DNA from: Azolla caroliniana
Taxonomy: Eukaryota > Plantae > Polypodiophyta
DNA: 64,000 nt
Reading direction: 5' to 3'
Assembly (NCBI GenBank): GCA_043228905.1
Contig: JBHGNT010000009.1
Span: 7,936,001-8,000,000 of the forward strand
The translations under genes were made by a program, and so were the position numbers. Position 1 is the stretch's first letter; every line of letters starts with the position of its first letter. Positions 1-12,495 of this stretch are shown here, piece by piece. Below the pieces are notes generated by a model. It was not told the DNA's origin and did not search any database. It saw nothing but the letters and a program-made list of their open reading frames with translations.

Positions 1-2600
1 TTACACCTAGAGAGAACTTGTGAGAATTGTTGAAGAAGACCTCTTCTTCGTTGAGCATTAGTTACTCCATACATACAATGAATGATCTTAATGTTTCGTA
101 ATGTGATATCCCATGCGTTAACTCCTTTAAGATTCACTTCTTATGAAAAATTTACCAAAATTTGCTCCATGAGAGAATCAAAGTGAGGTTGAAGCAAAAG
201 AGAAGAGTTAAAGCGTAATGGAGGCTTTCCAAGTAAAGACTTATACATGTCAATTGCATGACCACAAACCTCCAAACAAATAGGAAAGTGATCTGAAGTT
301 CCTACATCTTGTAAAATTGTCATACGAAGTGATGTCGGTAAAAAAGAATCATTGTGCATCACATACATTCTATCTAACCAACTCCATGTTTGTCTATGTT
401 GAGCGGATTGGAAAGTAAAACCTGGATCATTCCCATGCAACCATGTCCAAACATCCAACTTCAGAACTTCCATAGCCAATGAATCCCAAGCAAGTTGCTC
501 AAGATCATCCATGATTGAATGTTCAAACGTAGATTGAGATGCATCAACACACATGTTAAAATCACCCATATCACCCATAAGTAATCCTGGACGACCCACA
601 CATATAGTTTGATGGAGTGAGCCCTGTAATGCAATACGTTGAGTGGCTTGGTTAGGGGCATAAATCCCAACCACCCACACAACCTCGCCAAAAAAAGTGA
701 TTTCTAGTTCAACCAAAAACCGACCATAAGGATCATTATGCACCACTTGAGGATAATATTTATCCCGCACGATTAATACCACACCTGAATAATGATTATT
801 ACGATGTCCTGCATAGAATAATGAATATCCACGCAAATGAACTGTGGATCCTGCTAACTCATGACACTTATGCTGAACTGCACATAATACATCCCATTCT
901 TTACTTAACAAAGTTTGCCATAATATATACTTGTTATGAGGAGAACATGCCCCTCTCACATTCCATGTTACCACTTTCATTCAATCAACAATGTTATGGG
1001 TGCACTTGCTCCTTCAGAGCAACCGATGTCATGAAACTAGTCAAAGCATGTTCCAATGCTGCATATGGATTTTCATGCACCACATCCTTAGGGCCGTCTG
1101 TCGAAATCTTTTGTTTAGGTTCTCCTGCTTGACGAAAACCTCGAGAATTCGATGAATTTACAACCCATCGCAATGAATCAAATTGAAGGTGTAGGGGTAA
1201 TCCCTTATCCCTAAATTGTCTTTGCCAAGGAACTTTTCGAGGACCCTCCCTAGTTCCTGAATTACCTTTCCAAGTAGTCTCACGATTAGTGGGCAAACTA
1301 TTACGTTGCATATTCATTGATTTCCCCTTCGACTTGCCCTTAACATGATGCCAATCCTTTTCAACAACATCACTACTAGTTCTATCCAACGGTTTTTTCC
1401 CCTTATCTATAACCACCAAACTTTGTTTTTCCATATCCATAGATTGAGCTCCCTTATTCTTAGGGCCCAAGCCTTGAAGTGAAACCTCGTTATAACCCAC
1501 TCTAGATGATGTTCCTTCATCCATAACCACCACAATATCTGACACACCAGCATCTCTCCCAACTCCTTCCTTACCATTCCCTTCATTAGGAACCTCTATA
1601 GTTGAAGGACAATGACGATGGCATTCCGCCATAAAGTGACCCCATTCACCACATCCAAAACAATGACCTGCAAATGTCTCCCACTTCTAGTAAAAGTGGC
1701 CATAAAAAAGCATACTTATAATCCACTGTTACCCAAACGGGGTATTCTTGTTTTAACAAAGCATGATAGTCCACAACGGGGAACCATTGCATTACATGCA
1801 CCAATCGTTTATCAAAAAACATAGGAACTTTAGCCAACAATGCACTTCGATGTTCCGGTGAATGAAACACTACATCATAAAAAACTCATGGTCCTGCATA
1901 TATATTTTCAACACAATTTGATGACACAATTGTGTTCAACCATTGTTTAATCCAATTAATGTATGGGAGTTTCCCAGTAAAAAACAATATAACCGCACGA
2001 TCATAGAATACATCAAAAGATTGCAACACTACCTTAGCATCAACTTCCACATCATGCACATCCTCATCAATGGATTCTTTCGCTGCATTTTCATTTTCTT
2101 CCACAATATCAGACAACAAGGTATTGGCAATTCCCCATAAATTATCCCAATTACAATGATCCTTGCCAACCTCATTTACATGTATTACTTCGGCATATGT
2201 CGCTTTTTTCTCATAAATTTCCTCAATACCCTTAAACCTCTTAGAGCTTCCAATGTCTTCCCTTTCACGATTACATTCAACCATCACATTACCTTGTTTT
2301 GGATCAATTGTGTCCATATCAATGTCCCCCACAATTTGAGAGGAATTCATGTTCATATCCGTTATTCTTGATGTGATAGCAATCCGGGATAAAAACAATT
2401 TTCCATGAACAAGAAAGATAACTAGAACTCACCCGATTGAAGATGTCGAAGATGATGAATACAATAGAAGACCCACACTGTGTGTTGAGTATGTGGATGC
2501 CAATAACACAAGATTCCTTATTTCTATCGCTGCTTCTCACACAAACCACCAAATTTAACTTGTTATATCTCGTTACGAAGCTCTAATCGAGGGCTTTCTA
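1..2600 (-). mobile_element. L1-type LINE retrotransposon, 5' part (ORF1 fragments 2398-994; ORF2 APE endonuclease 980-141), degenerate and running off the window start
   Basis: ORF 141-980 has the endonuclease/exonuclease/phosphatase motifs VTWNVRG, IYAPN, GDFN, LDRMY and SDHFP. Upstream broken ORFs resemble plant LINE ORF1 (VILFFTGKLP...QWL, PVWVTVD). Confidence 0.85.
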
Positions 2601-2618
2601 ACACATGTCTTTATGCTC

Positions 2619-2621
<3 letters not shown>

Positions 2622-2687
<66 letters not shown>
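2622..2687. repeat. (CT)n microsatellite
   Basis: About 33 uninterrupted CT units. Confidence 0.95.
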
Positions 2688-2692
<5 letters not shown>

Positions 2693-2879
2693 AATGTGGT
2701 ATCCAACAATCAAACTATCATGGTTAGCTTTGTTATGGCCAAGTTATATAGCACTACCACGGAACGAAATATTAGCTCATGGATGGAAAGTCATCACACG
2801 AGCACTTGATCAAGTAGGCTTTAGACCAAACCATTCCATTATCAATCATTTTGTTATTGATGGAAGAAAGTTGAACTCG

Positions 2880-2990
2880 ATGGAAAATGCTATATTGTTG
2901 TTTCGTGGGCTTCAAGAAAACCTTTGACACTATACCGAGCGAGCTTTGGGAAAGAATGATAGAGATTGGAATAAAAGGTAAACATGCCAA
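2880..2990 (+). mobile_element. Short LINE reverse-transcriptase remnant
   Basis: Translation YCCFVGFKKTFDTIPSELWERM matches the LINE RT motif CCFVDFxKAFDxxPRxxLW. Confidence 0.6.
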
Positions 2991-3217
2991 AACATACCCA
3001 AGTGCATCTTTCTACCCCCATAAGCCTTGGATCTTAGAGAACTTTAACACATCTTACTACCAGAACATATGCAAGTGCATCTTACTACCCCCATGAGCCT
3101 TGGATCTCAAAGAACCTTAACGCTTCCTTCAACTTGCTAACACAAGTTAGATGTTGAGGTACATTTAATCACCAACATATGAAGATATGGAATGGTATGC
3201 AATGAAAGTGACCACAT

Positions 3218-3280
3218 GGATGTAGCTCAGTTGGTAAGGTATGAAGACTAGAGGGTCACGTGTTCAACCCCTAGATTCCA
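3218..3280 (+). mobile_element. tRNA-derived SINE head or tRNA pseudogene
   Basis: Pol III A box TAGCTCAGTTGG (3223-3234) and B box GTTCAACCC (3262-3270) at tRNA-like spacing; no intact cloverleaf. Confidence 0.5.
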
Positions 3281-3494
3281 TGGTGGCATTTAGTAAATTA
3301 AGAGAATATCTATGGAGTAATAGTGAGGTGAGATGGTTAGGTCTAAGATAGCTAGACCTAGGGTCAGCTAATTACAATAAAAAGACTTAAAGAAAGAATA
3401 GCCCCCACCCCCTTTCGCGAAGAAGGAGACCCATACAAGTTTTGATACATAAGTTTGTTTATTCGGTTTCACCCATTGGCCTCCTCATGGGTGA

Positions 3495-3743
3495 TAGGAA
3501 TTGACAACAGTTTGGCCTTTTCCTAAACTAATTTGGGAGTTTCCAAACTTGAACCGAACCAGTTCCTAAACCAATTTAGGCTTAACCAGTTTGGCCCAAA
3601 TCAATTCGGTTCCTCTTGAGCCATCCCAAACCGAGCTCAAACCGGTTAAGGAAGCTCAAGCCAAAACCGAACCGAACCGCCAAATTGCATAAAACGGTTG
3701 AACGGTTCGGTTCAGGCTTGAGCCGAGCCATTGCTGATTCCTA
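3495..3743. mobile_element. hAT-family MITE (same TIR family as 22278-24147)
   Basis: Imperfect TIRs TAGGAATTGACAA...TTGCTGATTCCTA with dense subterminal AACCG/GGTT motifs; TSD not recognisable. Confidence 0.65.
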
Positions 3744-6700
3744 GCGATAGATACAAAATCTATTCTCATCCTTCCCTCTCTCTGTCTCTCCTTCCAAAAC
3801 CCATGAATTGAATACGATGGTGGGTTCTCATCCCCTCTGCCATTCCCCACAGTTTCGATGTTCTCCATAGCTGCTTTTATCCCATCTTTATCCAAACTCC
3901 ATCACTTCTTCCTCACCGCAGATCAGGAGGTTAGTTTCTCTCTCTCATCACATCTCTTTCCTTCAACAATCAGTAAATTGTAAATTGTGTATTCAATACA
4001 TATCCTACAAATCATAGAGTGGACGTAGAGCAGCTACTCTATGTCCACTTTATGATTGTAGAAACTATGTCATGGATATTATCTATGTTCATTTTAACCT
4101 TTAATCGGAAACCTTAAACAATGAATTACCTTGACTACCCGCTAACGCATTTTTTAAGCCCTAAACCCTATAACCTAGACGTTAAACTTAAATATATGAC
4201 CTTTTATTGAATAATCTAAACCCCAAACGTTAAAACTTAATATTTAAACCCTCAACCCCATTCTGGATCATTCATGAATTGCTTAATTTTCATTCAATGG
4301 ATCTATCCGTAGTTTTTATAATCATAGTGGGAACATAGAATAGCTATGTTTTTGTGCTCTTTTGAAGAGGCTAATTTTGTTTGCTGGAATGCATTTAATA
4401 TTTTGCATCTCACTCCATTAATCCATAAAAACGGGATTAATTTGTGTAGAAATTGGACAACAAATCACCATTTATGCACAATGAGAAGAGAAGACATGTA
4501 AAAGAGAGACTGCATCAATGATGCCATACGGACATTGAATGTTTTAACACGTAGGTATGGATTGCAGTTGTTTTCTTATGCTTGTATTTAGTAGCATTCC
4601 TTTTCTAACTTCCTTGACCGAGTTTATCTAGGCACTTTAGGGGATTTTCCTCATATATGGCATTTAAAGCAGGATGGATCTTGACAATAAACTATCTTAA
4701 TGGAATGCATGATAGAGGAACCATCTTATCTTGAGTTCTTTAAGATCGGGTATCCCAACCATTGAAGTGATCCAATTTTCACACCAGGATGTTGATAAGT
4801 GGACGTCAAGAAGCTTTCTTGTATTCCTCCAATGGAGCTTGATAACTACACGATGTTTTCGAAAGAGATATTGGCACAAGCTCTAGTGCTAAAGCCCTCA
4901 AAATCTTCTATTGAGTCTGATCAACCTTTTCCTTATTGAGAGTTTCGTGTATGTGAGACATGAGGGGGATGTGATAATATGAACCTGAGTAGCTTCTTTC
5001 TACTCTCTGAGAGGATCTTGATATCTATGCTATATTGTACAGCAAGATGTCCGAACAACCCACTATATTTGCTTTACTTTACTGAATTCTGTTACCTCAG
5101 CTACCAATGTCAATGTAAATAAGAAATACTAACGTGGACTCCTGAAGAATATTTGGGGAAGCTTGATATCTACACTACATTGTATTGTGTACATTCAAGG
5201 AGATGTCAGCACAAGCGCGCACATTCCTAATGATGAGGTTTTTTAGCCTCTTGTTGAGTCTGATCAGTCTTTGCCTTGTTAAAAGTTTTGGAAACACAAC
5301 TATCCCACATGAGGTTGTTGGAGATAAGGTGGTCGTTGAGAAGCTTTTCAGTATTCCTCCGAAGCCCTTGATGTCTACACTATCCTATGAGTTACAAGTT
5401 TGTATGATCCTATGAGTTACAAGTTTCCAGAGTCTCCTATTGAGTCAGATCATGATAGTGTCCATTTCTCCTCTAGTGATCCATCCTGATTCCTCTTAGA
5501 TACATGACTTCAGTGTGCATATCTTATGTTTATGTATTTTTAGCACTTTGCCCTTTGGGCAGTGTATATTTATGCACACTTTCCTCTATCATGGTTCATG
5601 ATATCATCTAATGAGCTATGAAACATCATAATCATTACGACCAGTGAGAATCAAGATGTAGTCATATATCTACATCTTTGATCCACAAATAATTTTTACG
5701 AAGAGATGGATGCAACATCAAATGCTTGACTATATAAAAGTGAAAGTTAATATTAGTAAAGCCTCAATGATCAGAGAAATTCTAGAAATGTTGATGAAAA
5801 AATATAATGGCGAAAAAAGTTAATCAACACATTCATTCAGAACTTGTAAAGTTAAATAAATAGGTTGCATGTGATCATTTTCTAAATTTTGACTGAGATT
5901 ATAATAATTAATGATACTTAACATAAAAACCCTACACTTGGACTCACCTATACAATTGACACAATATCGTGCACGACATGCTAGTCTACTTTGCTGTAGT
6001 AAAAAGCTCTTGGTTAAATATGCATCGTTGAGCAGGGAATTTTAGAAATGTGGATCAATATTAAGTGAGTTGCAATGCGTTGCCAAACCATACACTTTGA
6101 TTCGGAACTTGTAATAAGTCAGCACCTGTAAGTTATCCAGAGTATAATTGTTAATAAGGTGATATGAAAACTCAGAAGCTGATGTTGCTGTTCAGTAGGA
6201 ATACAGAAATGTTTCCTCATTTTGTAGCCTTTGAATTTCAAGCTACAAATCAGTATGCCTTAACTCCTTTGTCCTTACAACAACATAGTGTCTTGTTGCT
6301 TTGGCCTAGACTCTCATTCTATGTTTTGGGTCTCACATTGTTTAGTGATTGGAGCTCTCATTAAGAATTTTGTGCAATGAGAGAATTTCTTCAATCATAT
6401 ACCATAGTTCTGCTCATTTGTTTTATTATTCTGTTTTTCAAATTTTGGAAGATTGGATGGGAAGCTTGGGCAAACATTATTTGACAACTTACTCTCATTC
6501 ATGGGACACATGGAATCAAGTAGGTACATAACTATGTAACTTCTTTTGATAATGTTGCCAGTTCTTTATAATTTTTCCAATAGATTTTTCTAATCTAGAG
6601 GATGCATGAAGATTTTTTAACCAAAACCTTTTGAAAGCAGTTACCAGTTCTCATTTCCAACAGACCAGGCCCAGTATCACCAATGTTAATCATGTAATCC

Positions 6701-6792
6701 CCATCTTTAAAACTTCTACTCTAGATGGGCATCTGACATCAGGCCAGATTGCACCGTTACAAGAATCCAACAGGGATAGAATTATTTTACAG

Positions 6793-9700
6793 ATGGGTGA
6801 TCTACATAATAGTTCCTCAAAGACAGAAAATTTTGTCTTAGAGTGGAAATTCGTTTCTGAAACACTACTGGTTTCCAACAGTTCATTATCTAGTCTTAAG
6901 ACAGTAGAAATATGTGGTACATTTGGAGACTCTGTGCTTCCATCTATTGAGCACTGCATTTCTACTTTACTGGAATGGAGGAGAGAAAAAAAATTAGAGC
7001 ATGCCAAACAAGTGCATGTGCAACTTTGTCTCATGGGTTTAGAAGATCACATAGATATAGCGAATCAGCTTCTACTGATATTCGTAGATTCTAGGAATCT
7101 CTCATTTGCAGAGCAAATCATAGAGCGGTTGACGTTTCGAAATGAGCAATCATGGACTTCTATTATACTGGGGTGTACCCAAAATGGAGATTCTTTATAT
7201 GCTTTTCATCTATATAAACGAATGCTAAATGATAATGTGAGCCCAAGCAATTATACATACACAAGCTTACTGAGAGCATGTGCAGCTGTCAAGAATTTGG
7301 AGATGGGACGCGATCTTCATTCAGAGATTGTTCAGAAGGCATTTGAGAGCGATTTGTTTGTTGGAAACACAATTGTTTACATGTACGCTAAATGTAAATC
7401 ACTTTCGGAGGCTTGGGAAACCTTTAGCACTCTACCAGCTCATAATGTGGTCTGTTGGACAGCAATTATTTCAGGCTATGCTGAAAATGGGTGTCATCAA
7501 GGAGTTTTAGATTTGTTTCAACAAATGGAAGATGATCATATCTTACCAAATTATTGGACGTTGGCTTGTGTTCTAAGAACTTGTGGCATATTATGTAACA
7601 TTGATAAGGGACGGAAAATACACTCAGAGGCTATTCTGAGAGGATTTGAAGACGATCCATATATTGGCAATGCGGTGGTTTATATGTATGCAAATACTGG
7701 CTCAATTTCAGAGTCGCGAAAGGTATTTGACAACTTGCAATTTCGAGATATTGTTGCTTGGAACATATTGATTGGTGGTTATTCAGATTGTGGTTTAGAT
7801 AAAGAAGTACTCCGCTTGTTTGATGAGATGCATTTCCATATTGTTGTGCCAACTGCTGCTACATTTGCCTACGTTGTTAAAGCATGTAGCAGTTTAGGTT
7901 TAATAGAGAAGGGATTTGAAGCACACAAAGGCATTATCCAAATTGCGGCCGAAAGAGATCCTTCCATTGCAAATTGTTTGATTGGACTGTATGCAGGATG
8001 TGGGTTTTTTTCAGAAGCTGTTCAAATTTTTGGTCAAATGCCTGATAAAACTGTTGTATCTTTCACAGCGTTGATCTCAGGATATGCTGAACATGGCTAT
8101 TCTGAGGAAGCTCTCAAGTATTTAGAAGGCATGCAACAAGTGGGTCTTTCCTTGGATACTATTAGTTTTTCATGTGGCTTGAGGGCTTGCACCAGCATAG
8201 AGACAGTCTGGGATTTACATAAGCAAATAGTAGAAACAGGATTTGAAATGGATCTTTCTGTTGGCACTGCATTAATGGAGATGTATATTAGTCTAGGATA
8301 TCTTATAGAAGCACATGATGTTTTAAAACATCTGCGAGTTCGAGATGTTGTGTCATGGACTGCATTGATAGCAGGGTATGCAGACCAAGGATACCTTATT
8401 GAAGCACAAAGTTTGCTGCCTATAATGCAGGATGAGGGTATCACTCCAGATGTTTTCACATATACTTGCATTCTGAAAGAATGTGGAAATACTGGAGCCA
8501 TTTCTGAGGGCAGAATGTTGCATATAGACATAGTCTTCAAAGGCTATGAATTGGAAAATTCCATTGGTAATAGTCTAATTGCCATGTATGCAAAATGTGG
8601 CGCTCTAAAAGATGCACAGAATATCTTTGACAAGCTGTCAGATCGAGATGCTATAGCATGGACGTCATTAATTGCAGGATATGCGGAACATGAATGTAGC
8701 AAGGAAGCATTGACATACTTTCAGTTAATGCAACTGGAGGGTGTAAATGGGGATGCAGTTACATATTCTTGCTTTCTGAAAGCTTGTGGAAGCATCCAAG
8801 CCATGAAAGAAGGCCAGAATTTTCACTCACAGGCTATAATGTATGGATTTGAAAAAGATCCCATAGTCGGCAACACGCTTGTAGGCATGTATACCAAATG
8901 TGGCTCCTGTTTAGAAGCTCAGGAAACCTTTGACAATTTGCCAGTTAAAGATACAGTTTCATGGAATGCACTGATTTCTGGATATGTGGAGTATGCTCCT
9001 CTTGATGCACTTGCATGCTTCCAGTGTATGTGTGATGGGAAACTCTGCCCAGATGCTGTCACATTTGCATTGGCTTTAAAAGCATGCGGTACAGTAGGAT
9101 CTATAACCATTGGTCGAGATATATATTCACAAGTTGTATCTGTTGGGTTACAAGACGCTACCGTGTCTAATTGTTTGATCAGCATGTACACTGGGTGTGG
9201 TTCAATTTCAGAGGCACAATATGTTTTCGACACTCTGCAAGATACCAATGTAGTGGCGTGGAGCACAATGATAAAAGCTTATGGCATGCATCATGATGGC
9301 CATATGGCTGTGAAACTTTTTGAGGAAATGCAAAAGGAAGGTGTGAAGCCCCATGCTCTCTTGTTCTCATGTCTTCTCACTGCATGTAGCCATTCAGGTC
9401 TTAGTCGGAAAGGGCAAGAATATTTCAAAACGATGAAGGAGAACTTTGGGATCATACCAACTGAAGAACATTATAGTTGCATGATAGATCTTGTGGCAAG
9501 GTCTGGGCATTTATACGAGGCAGAGAAGTTTGTTGAAGCCTTCTGTCCTCAAGCTGAGAGAGCATGGTCAGCGCTACTAAGTGCGTGCAAGTCATTCGAG
9601 GAGCAAGATCTTGGATGGCGTTGTTTTGAACAGCTTGTTCAGCTGAATCCTGGGGAAGGTGCATGGTACATGATCATGGCAGGAATTAATGCACATTCTG

Positions 9701-10173
9701 GAAAGACTTATTCCAGAGACAGATTAGAGGAATTGAGACAACATGCGGGAATAATGAAGAAGCCCGCAATTGCCCTGATTGAAGTGGACAAGAAGATACA
9801 TGAATTCATGCCTGGCCTCAACAACCAGAATAATGATAATGACATTTCAAGGATGGTGCAAGCGATGAATTTATGGTTAAAGGAGGAAGGACATGTCCCT
9901 AAGCTGAATTCAATTTTAAGACTTAACATTACAGATGAGTGTAAAGCGTTTGTGCTATGTGAGCATGCTGAGAAATGTGCAATAGCATTCGGCCTTCTGA
10001 ATACACCCCAGGGGCAGACACTGAGAATAACAAAAAACTTGAGGATGTGCCATGATTGCCATGATGCAAGCAAAATAATCTCGAAAATTGAAAGGAGAGA
10101 GATCATTGTTAAGGATACTAGCTGCATCCATCATTTCAAGGAAGGGTTGTGTTCATGCGCGGACATGTTCTGA
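6793..10173 (+). CDS. PLS-class pentatricopeptide repeat protein with E and DYW:KP (KPAxA) deaminase-like domain; candidate organellar U-to-C RNA editing factor
   Basis: Uninterrupted ORF (open from 6631, first ATG 6793) with many P-L-S repeats, KKPAIALIEVDKKIHEF in place of the PG box, HAEK and CHDCH zinc ligands, and C-terminus CSCADMF. Start uncertain: ATG 6793 directly follows a possible acceptor (ttttacag). Confidence 0.93.
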   Translation: MGDLHNSSSKTENFVLEWKFVSETLLVSNSSLSSLKTVEICGTFGDSVLPSIEHCISTLLEWRREKKLEHAKQVHVQLCLMGLEDHIDIANQLLLIFVDSRNLSFAEQIIERLTFRNEQSWTSIILGCTQNGDSLYAFHLYKRMLNDNVSPSNYTYTSLLRACAAVKNLEMGRDLHSEIVQKAFESDLFVGNTIVYMYAKCKSLSEAWETFSTLPAHNVVCWTAIISGYAENGCHQGVLDLFQQMEDDHILPNYWTLACVLRTCGILCNIDKGRKIHSEAILRGFEDDPYIGNAVVYMYANTGSISESRKVFDNLQFRDIVAWNILIGGYSDCGLDKEVLRLFDEMHFHIVVPTAATFAYVVKACSSLGLIEKGFEAHKGIIQIAAERDPSIANCLIGLYAGCGFFSEAVQIFGQMPDKTVVSFTALISGYAEHGYSEEALKYLEGMQQVGLSLDTISFSCGLRACTSIETVWDLHKQIVETGFEMDLSVGTALMEMYISLGYLIEAHDVLKHLRVRDVVSWTALIAGYADQGYLIEAQSLLPIMQDEGITPDVFTYTCILKECGNTGAISEGRMLHIDIVFKGYELENSIGNSLIAMYAKCGALKDAQNIFDKLSDRDAIAWTSLIAGYAEHECSKEALTYFQLMQLEGVNGDAVTYSCFLKACGSIQAMKEGQNFHSQAIMYGFEKDPIVGNTLVGMYTKCGSCLEAQETFDNLPVKDTVSWNALISGYVEYAPLDALACFQCMCDGKLCPDAVTFALALKACGTVGSITIGRDIYSQVVSVGLQDATVSNCLISMYTGCGSISEAQYVFDTLQDTNVVAWSTMIKAYGMHHDGHMAVKLFEEMQKEGVKPHALLFSCLLTACSHSGLSRKGQEYFKTMKENFGIIPTEEHYSCMIDLVARSGHLYEAEKFVEAFCPQAERAWSALLSACKSFEEQDLGWRCFEQLVQLNPGEGAWYMIMAGINAHSGKTYSRDRLEELRQHAGIMKKPAIALIEVDKKIHEFMPGLNNQNNDNDISRMVQAMNLWLKEEGHVPKLNSILRLNITDECKAFVLCEHAEKCAIAFGLLNTPQGQTLRITKNLRMCHDCHDASKIISKIERREIIVKDTSCIHHFKEGLCSCADMF

Positions 10174-10789
10174 CACAAATGTGTGATGCAAACACCAGGT
10201 CTTGTGGCCAACAAGAAGTCATATTTCGTCTCCTCAAGAAATTAAGAGGGCGCCTTATAGAAGTTTAAAAGAAATATATTGGGTTTGAAGAGCTGCACAT
10301 CTACAGCTCGGAGAGGAGAGGTTATTCGGTCTGGAACTCGGGCACAGCCTCGTAATATGGCCAATGAACAGCCCGGAGGAAGATTATTTGATCTGGACTC
10401 TTAACAAAGTAGTACCAGAGCCATGCAAATGCCTTCAAAATAATGTTGGATTTGAGGTTTTAACAATGGTAACCCTTTCCGTTCATATTTTATGAAGGCT
10501 GGATGGTTTGGCAGGCTTACAAGTAGAGAACTTTTTCTTTCATGGATTTCTCTCTTCATGGACTAGAGCAAATCTTACAGTGTTCATCATCCCAGCTACT
10601 TTTATTTTCAGGGAAAAGATGACAAGGCCCTTACCCTGACTCCAGATTCGTCCTACAGTCTGATAATTGAACAGTAATGATCATAGTTCAGAAAAGTCTC
10701 TCCATGCCAGATCTATTAAATGTTGAAAAGGATGGAGAAACCTAGCTAGTCCAAAGGATGTGTCTGAGTTACATCCATTTGATGTTGTA

Positions 10790-11165
10790 TGACTTGTCTA
10801 TAACACCACCTCAGTTCCTTGATTGTCACATAGACAAGTTCCATTATGATTTATGACTTGCTCTTTGAAATGTAATCATTACTTGATTGTCACACAGCTC
10901 AACTCAAGCAAAATTATTAAGTCATAAGTTATGCTCCAATTTATTGATTATAATGATTTATGACTTGCTCTTTCACATAGCTAAATTCAGCACAATTTCT
11001 ATGTCAAACTAACCATATATCGAATAGGAGCAATCCCTTGCTCTTTGAAATGCAAGTGTTAATTGATTGTCACATAGCTAAACTCAAAAAATTGTGCAAA
11101 AATATAAAATTATGAGTTATGTTCCAATTTATTGACAACTTTATAACCATATATGAAATAGGAGA
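10790..11165. repeat. Degenerate direct repeats between the converging 3' ends of the PPR and HOS15 genes
   Basis: Recurrent ttgattgtcacatag, tttatgacttgctcttt, ccaatttattga and aaccatatat blocks. Confidence 0.55.
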
Positions 11166-12495
11166 AAAAATTTATGCCGTGATGCATTTTTCTAATTTTC
11201 GAATTATGGAGTCAAACTGGTTTTAAAGAGGGAATTCTTCCACTCGTGAATGATGTAGATTCCTACCACTTGTTTTGACATTTTGTATTCGTAAATGATG
11301 TGAAATTATCCACTTCATTTCATGAAGCATCTATGCAGACGCTAAGGTCACAACTTTATTGATTGATGAAGTGACCCTCTTATCTGGACTTAGAACATTG
11401 ATTGATGAAGTGACCATCTTCTCTGGTCTTATAACATTTACCAACACATACACAGTACGAAAAGTAACTGCAACTGATGCACATAATTTTAGAATCATTT
11501 CAGTACTATTATATAAGACCTTCATGAGCAGTTAGAATCTGAAACTGACATTTCTGCACATGTATGTAATCTCCATGTTCTATTGAGAGTAGTTGCAATA
11601 AATGTCTTGTCTAATAAGAGTTACCAATTGTATCATTAAAGGTAGACAAAATACATCATGACTGTTTTAGTTTATTAGAATAATGAGTTAGATTTCCCAT
11701 AAATATCCACTAACACAACATTAATAAGCTGTCGAAACATAAGCATTAAATTCAACCTGTATGTTCAGTCTATACACATTGACATTTGAGAGTATTTATA
11801 TAAAACATACAGGAAAAAGCTCAATAGCTAATAAAAAAATCCTCATACATATCTACAAATTAAGGTACAAAGGACAATATATAATGGAACTGTGCAGATT
11901 TCAAGCATTTTACCAATCAAATGAGATTCCTGTTTCTGAACACAATTACACTAATATTACCTATGCAAATAGTCAATAAACTTAATATTGCAAAGATCTA
12001 AATCTGAAACGAAAAGAACTCTATACACGTACAGAACTTTCTATTCAACAAAATATTACAAAAAACATCACCTAAACTTCATTCTGTGTTTGTGAATTTG
12101 AGGAAGTAAATGCTGCAAGAATAAAAGTCTCTATTCCTCTCCCCAGAAGAAATATACACAAAGTCCATTCTAGTAAACCGCACAAGTAAGACTGCCAAAA
12201 CATTAATAGCATACAGGACTTCGAACCGGGCACCATCCCTCAAATGATTATGTACATATTTTCCCTGTGAAGGAACGTGCACTATTTTACAAGTTCACAT
12301 TCCTAATAGTTTTTTCTCTCTATTGTCTTAAAGTACAAGGGTGAAGCTGGCAGGTAAAAGAGATTACACTTTCTTCCCAGAGCTAATAGTCATTTTTTCC
12401 TAGAGTTTCTACTTAAACTTCTACAGAGATAAGTGGGATTTGGAGGAACACCTCAACATCTTCTCGAATGGAGAGTGATCATTACTCTCGTACTC

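Noticed and set aside
3218-3280. Functional tRNA gene
   Set aside because: A and B boxes are present but no convincing anticodon or acceptor stem can be formed.
4620-5500. Copia-like remnant upstream of the PPR ORF
   Set aside because: Only faint hints (a PPT-like TGAGGGGGA near 4961, fragmentary RT-like words); too degraded to delimit.
6690-10127. Antisense ORFs within the PPR gene
   Set aside because: Shadow frames of the long sense ORF with no recognisable motifs.
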